NCBI RefSeq assembly: GCF_964204645.1
Contig: NC_134030.1
Span: forward strand, 15,996,110-16,060,109
DNA: 64,000 bases
From: Tubulanus polymorphus
Taxonomy: Eukaryota > Animalia > Nemertea
Reading direction: 5' to 3'
Shown here piece by piece: positions 1 through 9,392 of this stretch. A program made the position numbers and the translations under genes. The stretch's first letter is position 1. The number at the start of each line of letters is the position of its first letter. The notes under the pieces are model-generated. The model saw only the letters and a program-made list of their open reading frames with translations, searched no databases and was not told the origin of the DNA.

Positions 1-28
1 CGGGGGCGAACAGCGTAAATCACACCTG

Positions 29-766
29 ATGATGCGACTTGACCATGAGGCATACCAGGCTGTCTCGAACCTACGTCTCGACTCGAGCCTGTCGTATGAT
101 GATTTCTGTCGGCGGCTATCATCCCGTTTCCAACAAACAAAGACTGTGGATGACTTTAAGATGTTGTTGAAAGGGAGGGACCAAAAGACAACTGAATCTG
201 TGGAACGCTATGCCGACGAGTTAGCAGAGCTGGCAAGGAACGCATACCCTGGCATTGCCTTCGAGCTGCAGGATGAATTGGCCAAAGACCAATTCCTTAA
301 AGGTAATAGCCTACCCGTCTCAGCGAAGCAGTCAATGTATGCGGCCCAGCCAAGTTCGTTGGCTGCAGCAGTCGCTCAAGCACGGACTCTGGAAACAGCG
401 AGACGGTTGACTGAGGGCACGACTCATAAACAAAAAGTATCCGTTAACCAGACCCAGCTCGACTCGACTAGCTCAGCCATAACCAAACAACTCGACGAAT
501 TGAAGTCGATGATGGGAACGCTGATGACTCGAGTAGGCCATTTGGAAGCAGTTGTCTCTGGTAATGGCAATCGTCGACAACCCGCCGATGACAAATGTTG
601 GCGTTGCAGGGATGCAGACCACCCCAAAAACTTGTGCCCACAAGTTAAATGCTATAATTGCGGGGGGAGTGGTCACTATTCAAGTAACTGCCACCTACCT
701 AAGGGAAACCAGGGAAACGAGAAGCGGGGTTTTCAGGGGGGCAGTGGAAACCCCATCAGGAAATAG
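29..766 (+). CDS. gag: Gag (probably N-terminally incomplete) with two CCHC zinc knuckles
   Basis: CWRCRDADHPKNLC and CYNCGGSGHYSSNC; capsid-like QxxxESVxxY..L..LA..AYP motif. Confidence 0.92.
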   Translation: MMRLDHEAYQAVSNLRLDSSLSYDDFCRRLSSRFQQTKTVDDFKMLLKGRDQKTTESVERYADELAELARNAYPGIAFELQDELAKDQFLKGNSLPVSAKQSMYAAQPSSLAAAVAQARTLETARRLTEGTTHKQKVSVNQTQLDSTSSAITKQLDELKSMMGTLMTRVGHLEAVVSGNGNRRQPADDKCWRCRDADHPKNLCPQVKCYNCGGSGHYSSNCHLPKGNQGNEKRGFQGGSGNPIRK

Positions 767-775
767 TCCCCCCTG
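712..775 (+). promoter_or_regulatory. -1 ribosomal frameshift signal (G GGA AAC) plus H-type pseudoknot
   Basis: Slippery heptamer 712-718 in gag frame; -1 frame open to pol ATG 817; stem1 GGGGTTTT(726-733)/GGAAACCCC(746-754); stem2 CAGGGGGGC(734-742)/GTCCCCCCTG(766-775). Confidence 0.8.
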
Positions 776-816
776 TACCGCTGTATATACCCCCCGCAAG
801 ACGTAGGAAAAATCGG

Positions 817-3800
817 ATGAATACGGCAAATGGTCTAACGTGCGATGCAAGTAGAGATGCACCTATTGATGGTTACCATCATACTAGCCCCACCACCGTG
901 AGACCATCAAACCATATTCAAATGATATCGAGACCATCAAACCATATTCAAACGACACCTCAAGATGGATATGTGGTTGCTGGCCCGGCATGTGATTCTA
1001 GTGGAGATACACCTACTGATGGTCTGCATCCTACTAGAACCATCACTGTTAGACCACCACAACATACCCAAAGTATAGAAGAAAATCGACGTGACCCTTC
1101 GGAGAACAGTGAGGCTCCCAGTCCGGCTACGGAAAACACTTGTCACAAGTTGCGCGACACCAAGGTTCAAACAACAGGGACAGAACCAGCCCAGACGAGC
1201 TTAGTTACAAACATCGGAACAGTGAGGCTCCACGCCTCGGGCCTTTTCTGTGATGCCGTAGTAAATGACCATTCGAAAGCGGTGGTACTCCTGGACACTG
1301 GTGCCTCCTGCACAATCATTAGAGGTTCGGTATGGGACTCTAGCAGCCCGACTGGTGAAGCCGCTGCACTGAGGCCAATCGAAGGAATCGTGACAACGGC
1401 TACCGGTCAGCCAATGGAGTTACGTGGATTAGCTGATGTATGTCTGAGAGTTGGAACTGAAGAATTTCATGTCCCCATGATCGTCAGTGAGGATTTGGCA
1501 CAAGACTGCTTGCTTGGAAGTGATTTCTTCGAGAAATATGGCTGCAACATAGATTACCGTAATAAAGTGCTCCGCTTCGGAAGCCTCAGCGAGGTGCCTG
1601 TCCGCCAGAGCCCCAAACGCGCGAGCGCTTGCAGGGTGTTCATCAGTAAGAGCCAAATCATTCCAGCTGGATCCGAGGTGGTGGTAAATGGATACATGAA
1701 ACGGAGTTATGCTCATAATAATTCGACCTCAGGGATGATCAGCAGCTGTGGACGGAATAATTTTTGCACTGGGAAAACACTGGTGGTACCGGAGGCAAAC
1801 CAGATACCGGTTCGGCTGGCTAACTTCTCGGATGAGGCTTGTAGAGTCGACAGGGGCCAGACTATTGGTCTATTCTGCCCCCTACAGTCAGTTGACATCA
1901 TGACTATCGACGACCATGCTCAAAACCCGTCAACTCCAAAAATCCAGCTGCAGGGTGGTGACAATACTGAATTCAAGGACCTCTTGAGAGAATTGAAAAT
2001 CGACCAGCTTGAAATCCCCACTGACATGAAAACACAGCTTGTTGACATCATACGGGAGCTAAAGTCAGTATTCTCGATGGGAGACTTTGACATTGGTCGA
2101 ACAGATTCGCTTGAATTCGAGATTGACACCGGTGACCACCCACCGATAAAACAACATCCCCGTCGGCTACCCCCCGGTAGGAGAGCTTTTGTTGAGGGGA
2201 CGACCAAGGAGCTTTTAGAACACGACTTGATCCGGCCATCCACCAGCCCGTGGTCAAGCCCAATAGTTCTAGCGAAAAAGGCCGATGGTTCCCTGCGTCT
2301 ATGCTGCGATTACCGCCGACTCAATGACGCAACAGTCAAAGACGCTCACCCATTAGGTCGAATAGACAGTACCCTAGAGGCTTTATCGGGCGCAACCTGG
2401 TTCTCGTCCCTCGATTTAACTAGCGGATACTGGCAGGTCCCAATAAAGGAATCAGACAAACATAAGACCGCATTCACGACTGAAAACCATCTATTTGAGT
2501 GGAATGTCATGCCGTTTGGAGTCTGTAATGCCCCGGCGTCATTCAGCAGACTGATGGCAATGGTACTGGATGATGTTGCATGGAAAACATGCCTTATCTA
2601 CCTGGATGATGTAGTGGTGTTTAGTCATGATCTACCAACCCATCTGACGCGATTACAAGAGGTATTTCGTTGCTTTCAGAAAGCCGGTCTCAAGCTAAAA
2701 CCGAGGAAGTGCTCGCTTTTCCAGCGGCGCCTCAAGTTTTTGGGGCATGTAGTAAGCGAGGCCGGTGTCGAAACCGACGGTGCCAAATGCGATAGAGTCA
2801 GGGATTGGCCGACCCCAACGTCAGTTACCGAACTGCGTAGTTTCCTTGGTCTTGTGACATATTACTCGCAATTCATCAAGGATTTCGCCGACTTGACAGC
2901 CCCGCTACACCGCCTTACGAGGAAAAATGAACCATTCGTCTGGAAATTCAAGCAACAACTAGCGTTTGACGGACTGAAAGAAAAGCTGACCAGCTCCCCT
3001 ATCCTGGCATTCCCAGATTTCTCGGAGGGTGCTGGAGAGTTCATTTTGGACTGTGACGCCTCTAACTGGGCTATCGGAGGGGTGCTGTCACAACTACAAC
3101 ACGATGGTTCTGAGAGAGTGATCGAGTACAGTAGCCGCACGCTGAAAGGTGGAGAGGAGAACTATTGTGCCACCAGGCGCGAAATGTTGGCCTTGGTTGA
3201 CATGATTGATCACTTCCGCCACCATTTACTAGGCAGGAAATTCAAAGTTCGCACAGACCACGCAGCACTCAAGTGGCTACAAACCTTCAAAAACCCTGAG
3301 GGCCAAGTGGCTCGGTGGCTTGAACGCCTGTCGGAATATGATTTCGTGATCGAACATCGAGCTGGAAGCAAACATTTGAACGCAGACGCCCTGTCTCGCA
3401 TCCCTAAGAGACAGAGGAAACATGGGGACTGCCCAACTTGTGGTGACACTGGTCCATCTATATACCAGGTGACTGCAAAACATCAGGGCGATTTGACAGC
3501 GCACTCCACTGGCTTGTCCAGGAACAAAATAATCGAGGCGCAAGTAAATGACCCTGAAATATCAGAAATTAGGGAGTTCTTGGCCGGAGATGGGGTCAAG
3601 GACAAGAAACGGCTGCAACGGTGTGGTAGAACAGCGAGGAGCCTCTATAGTCTGGTTGAGCGTCTAGAGCTTTTAGATGGCATTCTTGCGCTTAAACCAC
3701 TTCCGGGGGCTACCTCAACGAGACACCGAGTGGTACTACCCATTTCACTGACTGATGGAACCATAGGAGTCATACATCAGGGATTTGCCGGGAAACATCT

Positions 3801-5361
3801 CGGTACCAAAAAGACAGAGTGCAAAATTAGGGAAAGATTCTGGGTATTAGGCCTCTCAGCTAGGGTCAGGGATTTTGTTCGGGGCTGCAAAACTTGCCAA
3901 GAGTGCAAGTCCCCGTCCAAACTACCAAAAGCCCCAATGATGTCTACACCGGTAGGGCGACGCTTCCAGCGTGTACATATAGACATCGTGGGCCCATTAC
4001 CGAGAACCCGCCGCGGCAATGTCTACATTCTAGTGGCTCAAGATGCATTCACTAAGTGGCCCGAAGCATGGCCAATTCGCACGGAAAAGGCCTCCGTGGT
4101 GGCACGTGCCCTTGTGAACGAGTGGGTCACCCGTTACGGCTGCCCTGAATCCATCCACTCGGACAAAGGCACGAACTTCGAGTCGAAAGTTTTCATGGAG
4201 ATGTGTAGGATCTTGGCTATTGAAAAGACCAGAACCACTGCCTACCATCCTATGGGCAATGGGCAGGTGGAAAATTTCAATAAGTCCCTGAAGGCCATGC
4301 TGACTACAGCCGTCAATGAGTGTGGAACAAACTGGGACGAGGAACTACCAGCGTGTTTGATGGCATTTCGTTCAAGCGTCCAGCACTCCACTCTTGAAAC
4401 GCCGTTCTACTTGATGTACGCCGAGGAAATGTCACTACCAATCGACATCAGCGTAGGCTTGCCCGAGGACCACCAACCAAGGACTAAGTATGGCATGGAC
4501 CTCTCTGACCGCCTCACTAAGTCACACAACATTGTTCGTGATCGACTAGTGATGGCACAAAGGCGTCAGAAAATGGACTATGACCGTTTCGCAAAACGCG
4601 GGGGTTACAAGGTCGGGGATCGCGTGTGGCTGATGAGCCATTTCTTGAAGAAGGACGAGGCATCTAAGTTCCACCGGAAATGGAAAGGGCCTTACGTCGT
4701 GACCGAGAGACTATCGGAGGTGAATTACAGGGTTGTCCTGGAACCAGGCGCCGATCCGAGGGCGGTGAAGAGAAAGCGGGTTGTGCACTTCAATGATATG
4801 AAACCGTGCTTCCTGTCTAGTGAGACCGTGACCATAGGTCATAAAAAACCTAGACAGGAACCGGTTAAAATGACCGATCCCGAGGAGCAACCAACCCTCA
4901 ATGACGACGAGGGGGAGGAAGATGAAGACTGTGTCTGGACACGGTCACACCCCGAGACAACGGCAGTTATTCAAGAACCTCTTGTAACAAACCCTTCCCA
5001 AAACCATCGCGAGCCTCCTACTCAAAACCGCTCCAAGCCTGGGCCTTCGAACATTACAAACACTGAGGGGCACAGAAGACTCAGGCCCAGAGTAGGGATC
5101 AGGCGCCCTAGTCGGTTCGTAAACTCATGTACAGTCAATAACGATGATTCGCTAGCCAACCAAAATAGGGCCTCAGACCCTTTGGTGGATCCAAACACAC
5201 TTATAGGACCTCCAGTCGCCTCGGACAAGATTGAGCAGAACAACATTTTTGATATAGAACTGATCCAAAATTGCCAGAAATGTCGCGAAGTTCGGTCCCG
5301 GATTAACATGAGGAAAGGCTACTGGTTAGAAATGGGCCGGTACCTTAAATCAAAGGGTTAA
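817..5361 (+). CDS. pol: Pol polyprotein: aspartic protease, RT, RNase H, integrase
   Basis: LLDTGAS; LCCDYRRLN, YLDD; CDAS, TDHAAL, ADALSR; HHCC, HIDIVGP, HSDKG, VENFNKSLK; GPY motif. Confidence 0.97.
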   Translation: MNTANGLTCDASRDAPIDGYHHTSPTTVRPSNHIQMISRPSNHIQTTPQDGYVVAGPACDSSGDTPTDGLHPTRTITVRPPQHTQSIEENRRDPSENSEAPSPATENTCHKLRDTKVQTTGTEPAQTSLVTNIGTVRLHASGLFCDAVVNDHSKAVVLLDTGASCTIIRGSVWDSSSPTGEAAALRPIEGIVTTATGQPMELRGLADVCLRVGTEEFHVPMIVSEDLAQDCLLGSDFFEKYGCNIDYRNKVLRFGSLSEVPVRQSPKRASACRVFISKSQIIPAGSEVVVNGYMKRSYAHNNSTSGMISSCGRNNFCTGKTLVVPEANQIPVRLANFSDEACRVDRGQTIGLFCPLQSVDIMTIDDHAQNPSTPKIQLQGGDNTEFKDLLRELKIDQLEIPTDMKTQLVDIIRELKSVFSMGDFDIGRTDSLEFEIDTGDHPPIKQHPRRLPPGRRAFVEGTTKELLEHDLIRPSTSPWSSPIVLAKKADGSLRLCCDYRRLNDATVKDAHPLGRIDSTLEALSGATWFSSLDLTSGYWQVPIKESDKHKTAFTTENHLFEWNVMPFGVCNAPASFSRLMAMVLDDVAWKTCLIYLDDVVVFSHDLPTHLTRLQEVFRCFQKAGLKLKPRKCSLFQRRLKFLGHVVSEAGVETDGAKCDRVRDWPTPTSVTELRSFLGLVTYYSQFIKDFADLTAPLHRLTRKNEPFVWKFKQQLAFDGLKEKLTSSPILAFPDFSEGAGEFILDCDASNWAIGGVLSQLQHDGSERVIEYSSRTLKGGEENYCATRREMLALVDMIDHFRHHLLGRKFKVRTDHAALKWLQTFKNPEGQVARWLERLSEYDFVIEHRAGSKHLNADALSRIPKRQRKHGDCPTCGDTGPSIYQVTAKHQGDLTAHSTGLSRNKIIEAQVNDPEISEIREFLAGDGVKDKKRLQRCGRTARSLYSLVERLELLDGILALKPLPGATSTRHRVVLPISLTDGTIGVIHQGFAGKHLGTKKTECKIRERFWVLGLSARVRDFVRGCKTCQECKSPSKLPKAPMMSTPVGRRFQRVHIDIVGPLPRTRRGNVYILVAQDAFTKWPEAWPIRTEKASVVARALVNEWVTRYGCPESIHSDKGTNFESKVFMEMCRILAIEKTRTTAYHPMGNGQVENFNKSLKAMLTTAVNECGTNWDEELPACLMAFRSSVQHSTLETPFYLMYAEEMSLPIDISVGLPEDHQPRTKYGMDLSDRLTKSHNIVRDRLVMAQRRQKMDYDRFAKRGGYKVGDRVWLMSHFLKKDEASKFHRKWKGPYVVTERLSEVNYRVVLEPGADPRAVKRKRVVHFNDMKPCFLSSETVTIGHKKPRQEPVKMTDPEEQPTLNDDEGEEDEDCVWTRSHPETTAVIQEPLVTNPSQNHREPPTQNRSKPGPSNITNTEGHRRLRPRVGIRRPSRFVNSCTVNNDDSLANQNRASDPLVDPNTLIGPPVASDKIEQNNIFDIELIQNCQKCREVRSRINMRKGYWLEMGRYLKSKG

Positions 5362-5607
5362 ATCCTATATATATATTTAGTACCCTTGTATATAACCCTG
5401 CCTATATATTTACTTAGTTTTAGTAGACAGTTTATTATCATTTGTAACTGGTGGTGACTAGGATTCCAGACCCCTTGCACCTCCTGATGGTATGCTTGGG
5501 ACCACCCACCTTGCATGATTCGGGTGGTATCTGAATGAACGGAATCTCCGCCATTTAGTCTTGTCGTTGCAGCCAACTCATGTTTTGAACTATTTATCGT
5601 TTCTAGC

Positions 5608-6441
5608 ATGGACTGTATCGAGTTAGACCAGTTATCTAGCCTCCACGAGGCGACACAGACCCTTAAACGGCAGGTCTCGAAAGAAGTCTGTTCCACCCTT
5701 CACAGACAGGACAAGACCCTCAGCGAATTGAGAGCCAAGATGGGCAGACTTTATAACTCTGCCGTAGAACAGTCGTTTGTGGAAGATCCTGGTCGCATAG
5801 TAACCGGTGCGGTAGTAACCGGTCTCAAGACGACAAAGACCCGACGTTTTCGGCCGAAGATGAGCACAGCTGCATTTGAGTACATCAGCCAGGAACTAGT
5901 GAACGCCCTGGCCGAATGTGGTGGTGACTCCTCGTACATCTGGTCGAAACTTGGAGACTTGAAACAGAGGGCAGTTGAGGACTTACCAATCGTGTTGCTG
6001 GGAGACTCGATGTTTACGGGGCTAAAGGCCAGCGGCGGTTTGATTCCAATTTGCCACCCTGGTGAACGACTCGGTGATTTGTTGGAGTACCTCCCACATG
6101 TATCCTTTAGGGCAAGAGCGATTGTGGTCACGCATGGTATGAACCATGCCGGCGATTATGGCAGGACGACAGAGGAGTTGGCGGAAGTTTTGGCGCTACT
6201 CAAGGGCAAGCACCCTTCTGTTCCCCTTTTCCACCTACAGACCCCTGTCCCTCCTTGCTGGCGTGGTGACCACAATCGGGTAAACAACATCAACCGGGTT
6301 AACGTCTTCGCCCTCCGTGCCGGGTTCCAACAGGCCGACCATCCAGATATCCCGGATTCTGATTTTGTGGGGATCCACTACAAAAAGTCGGCCATGCACT
6401 ATGTCTGTCGGGAAATAATCCGTGTGGTAGATCGCGCCTGA
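5608..6441 (+). CDS. ORF3: N-terminal coiled coil + SGNH/GDSL hydrolase (esterase-like)
   Basis: Block I IVLLGDSM, block II HPG, block III HGMNH, block V DFVGIHY; intact 277 aa; lies between pol and PPT; candidate acceptor TTTCTAG immediately before cATG. Confidence 0.8.
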   Translation: MDCIELDQLSSLHEATQTLKRQVSKEVCSTLHRQDKTLSELRAKMGRLYNSAVEQSFVEDPGRIVTGAVVTGLKTTKTRRFRPKMSTAAFEYISQELVNALAECGGDSSYIWSKLGDLKQRAVEDLPIVLLGDSMFTGLKASGGLIPICHPGERLGDLLEYLPHVSFRARAIVVTHGMNHAGDYGRTTEELAEVLALLKGKHPSVPLFHLQTPVPPCWRGDHNRVNNINRVNVFALRAGFQQADHPDIPDSDFVGIHYKKSAMHYVCREIIRVVDRA

Positions 6442-6956
6442 ATGTGTTTCCTTCGGTACCTAACGATGGTTCACCTGGAGTCGCTTATTCTTTGTAATGT
6501 TAGTGACAAAAAGCCATTCAGTCCAAATACTACCACACGTGACCCCCCAGATGTAGCACACCCCATTGCGAACAGTTTCTTTCCGTTTTCTTTTGATTGT
6601 ATTTTTCAGCTTCCCAGGACGAGGAACAGTGGCAGAGGGGCAAGCCAAGTGCAGTGTCCATTGGCCGTATCTACCTTTTGATGGTATAGATATTTTTGGT
6701 TAGACACTACGCTTAGGTGCGCCCCGAAAACAAACCACAAACCATTAGTGGAGATCGAAAGCTGCATGTATTATCATCACTGAGATGCAACCCTAATGCG
6801 AAACAACGACTACGCCATGTTAGATGTCTACTGTATCCAGAGCCGAGAAGTTTGGAGCTTAATATACTATAATAAGGACTATAATTTAATTTGTGTAGAT
6901 ATTTTGACTATATATTCCTGTTCAAATAGGAGTTTGAACAAGTTGAAGGGGGGTGG

Positions 6957-7210
6957 TGTGATGGAATATGTCCATCAGTCGTTTTCTATGTTGTAACTGG
7001 AGGGTGCTGCCCTCTCTCTCGAAAATACAGAACAATAGGTGATTGTGTTAATATCTTTTGTCCGCCTTTTTACTGGTTTTTGGGCTCTCAGAGTCGATAT
7101 TTGGAGGAAACTTCTACTGTGGAACAGGCAGAATAGGACCTCGTTACATATCCATATCATGCTTTTCAGGTTGAAGCCCATCTTCCATGTTTCTGACCAT
7201 GAACGGAACA
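6957..7210 (+). repeat. 3' LTR (right end approximate)
   Basis: Begins TGT directly after PPT GAAGGGGGGTGG; ends ..GGAACA where LINE-derived sequence begins; no 5' LTR in window to confirm. Confidence 0.55.
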
Positions 7211-7214
7211 CAGC

Positions 7215-7620
7215 TTGTTTAGGTCGTTTTGGAAATATACTCTGTCCGGTACATTTTGAAATACTCTGTATATCATCTATCAGGAGAGCGAGGAGACGAC
7301 GACTTAGGATACTACCTTGCGTGACTCCACTAGCTAGACCGATTTATACCAAGATGAGACAGTTTCTTTGAATTTTGCCACCTGTTTTCGTTCAGAGAAA
7401 TCTACTGAGCCATTTAAGCTACCTATCATTGATACCGTTTCCGAATAGCTTATTTAGAAATCGCTGATGTTGGACCTTATCAAATGCTTTTTTGAAATCC
7501 ACAAAGACTAATTGAGGCCTAACAGTCGATTTTCCAGAGTCAAATAACCATCTGGTCCAGTCATCCTTGGTTTCAAAGTAGGCCTAATTGACTGTTAGTC
7601 AACCGTCCTTTTATAAAACT
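7215..7620 (-). pseudogene. Decayed non-LTR (CR1/L2-like) reverse transcriptase fragment
   Basis: Minus-strand remnants VFVDFKKAFDKVQH and SGVTQGSILS with stops/frameshifts. Confidence 0.75.
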
Positions 7621-8201
7621 GTTTTGACAGTTGAACAGGATTTTAACTACCCTTCGATTTTTATCGCATGGTGCGGCCGCATCAGCGTACACGCGATCGT
7701 CGACACAGTATTCAGACAAGATCAAGAATACGAAAAAGGATGTGCAGAAAACCCGTTATCGCTGCTTTGCAGCTATATCTTATTGTAGAGCTGTCAACCT
7801 ATCAAAATTCCAATTAGGCATGAATGGCAGATTTATTAGGAATATTGAAGGTTCCAATGGGAATATAGCAAAACCGTCAAAAGGTCAGGTCTTCCAAGGT
7901 CTTTAAATCTTAGGACAGTAAAAATTTAAGGCTGGTCACTGACAGGGTATTTTACAAAATAAAGCCATTTGGCCATTAAGCATAAAACCTTTTTTTTTAA
8001 ACAGCTCAACCTGCTAAGCCCCCGCAGGGCAATATAAGCGGGTTCGATGTTTAAAATCCATGATTTTGTGACTATACGTCATAGCTTGACCTTTTTGACA
8101 AAATTCAAGTGTGGATCTACGTTGATGCTTGGAATAAATCATCAGAGAAAAATTTCTAAGGTTGATGTATGTTTGCAGATTGTATGCAGTAAAAACATTA
8201 C

Positions 8202-8233
8202 CTTGCATCAAGATTTGCATCAATACCCAATAG
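8202..8233 (-). CDS. Possible short exon of the host kinesin gene (LLGIDANLDA)
   Basis: ttttAG acceptor, GTAATG donor, open in phase 0 after the 8490 exon; no homology support. Confidence 0.35.
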
Positions 8234-8489
8234 CTAAAAGACAAGTAGACGCACTCTTATAGGAGCAAATAACATTGTACCAAATTTTTATCAAGACCCA
8301 CTATGAACGAAGTTAAGTAGCTGAAAGACAGAAACACAGACCCACTGACAATTCAAGAAAAGGACCAAGGTCTCATGGAAGCCCGAGAACGAAAATCTGC
8401 TCTCTGTAAAATGAGAACAGTCAGCCGATTTGGATACCAATGATATGGATATCCCGTATTCTAAAAGAGATTATGTTAATTAGACCTAC

Positions 8490-8642
8490 CTTATAGTCAT
8501 TGTTAGCAGCTACTATCGAAGCTTTTGTCCCTGCTGGGTTATACAAATCCTCTTTTGTGTTGACATTCTTCTTATAGCACGATGGCTTATATTTGCCCCA
8601 GATTTGTACAATCAATCCTTCTTCACTTAACTCATGCAGCAA
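8490..8642 (-). CDS. KIF28P: Host kinesin-3 exon (LLHELSEEGLIVQIWG...NDYK)
   Basis: AG/GTAGGT, 153 nt, phase 0/0; end of C2-like domain (..VQIWG). Confidence 0.8.
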
Positions 8643-9392
8643 CTATGTATGAAAAATGACAAAGTATAAGATCTTTGTTAACCTTTTCCCATCTAAGATT
8701 TTTAATAATTCATTTGGGACTGTTTGCTTTGGACATTATTGGGCATCAAAATCACCCCCTTTCCAGCAAGGGAACCCAAAAAATATCTATTTTCTGCAAG
8801 CAGTATGAAGATTGTACCCACCGGGTCCAGTCCGAGGAACCAAAAATGTAAAAATCGGCAGTCCAATCGATCAATATTAAATGCGTAAAAAGCCGTGTAA
8901 CCAGGATCTGGTTTCAATATGGGCACCTAGAGAATAGCAAGTGTCTATATAGCCTGCTGTCAACACCTAGAGAGTGTCAGTTCAAGCAATGAATAAATAA
9001 AGAACCAATGGTCCAGAGGCTCACCAAAGTGTGTGAAGTAAAAATCTGTCACGCGGTTATAAGCCAACCGACCGGTATGCAAAAATTCATTTCATTGAAA
9101 ATTTCAATCAAAATTGACTCGATTTTGGTCAGTGTGAAGTTTTAATGAAACCGACTTTTAATGAGAATGAAAGATTGATCATGGGAATTTTAGACTCGAC
9201 AAATACTCATTATTTTAATACTTCCCGGGAATGACATAAAACAACTAAAACTAAGAGAAACAATGAGTACGGCTATTTCACTATCACGTTATGCCTTTCA
9301 GCAGTTCATGAACAAAGTGGTGCGCAGGCCAGCATGTGTTGTAGTATATTTAGAGGATATCACTGTTTTTCCGACACTGCATCTTTTTCATA

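Larger units (their letters stand above)
1..7210 (+). mobile_element. Gypsy/Ty3 LTR retrotransposon (5' end outside window), gag-pol-ORF3-PPT-3'LTR
   Basis: Zn-knuckle gag; pol order PR-RT-RH-IN; purine tract 6945-6956 followed by TGT...ACA LTR candidate; all three ORFs uninterrupted. Confidence 0.95.

Noticed and set aside
424-6131. Many short antisense/overlapping ORFs over gag, pol and ORF3
   Set aside because: Shadow frames of GC-rich coding sequence; no motifs
5608-6441. ORF3 as a retroviral env
   Set aside because: No signal peptide, fusion peptide or TM anchor; SGNH motifs instead
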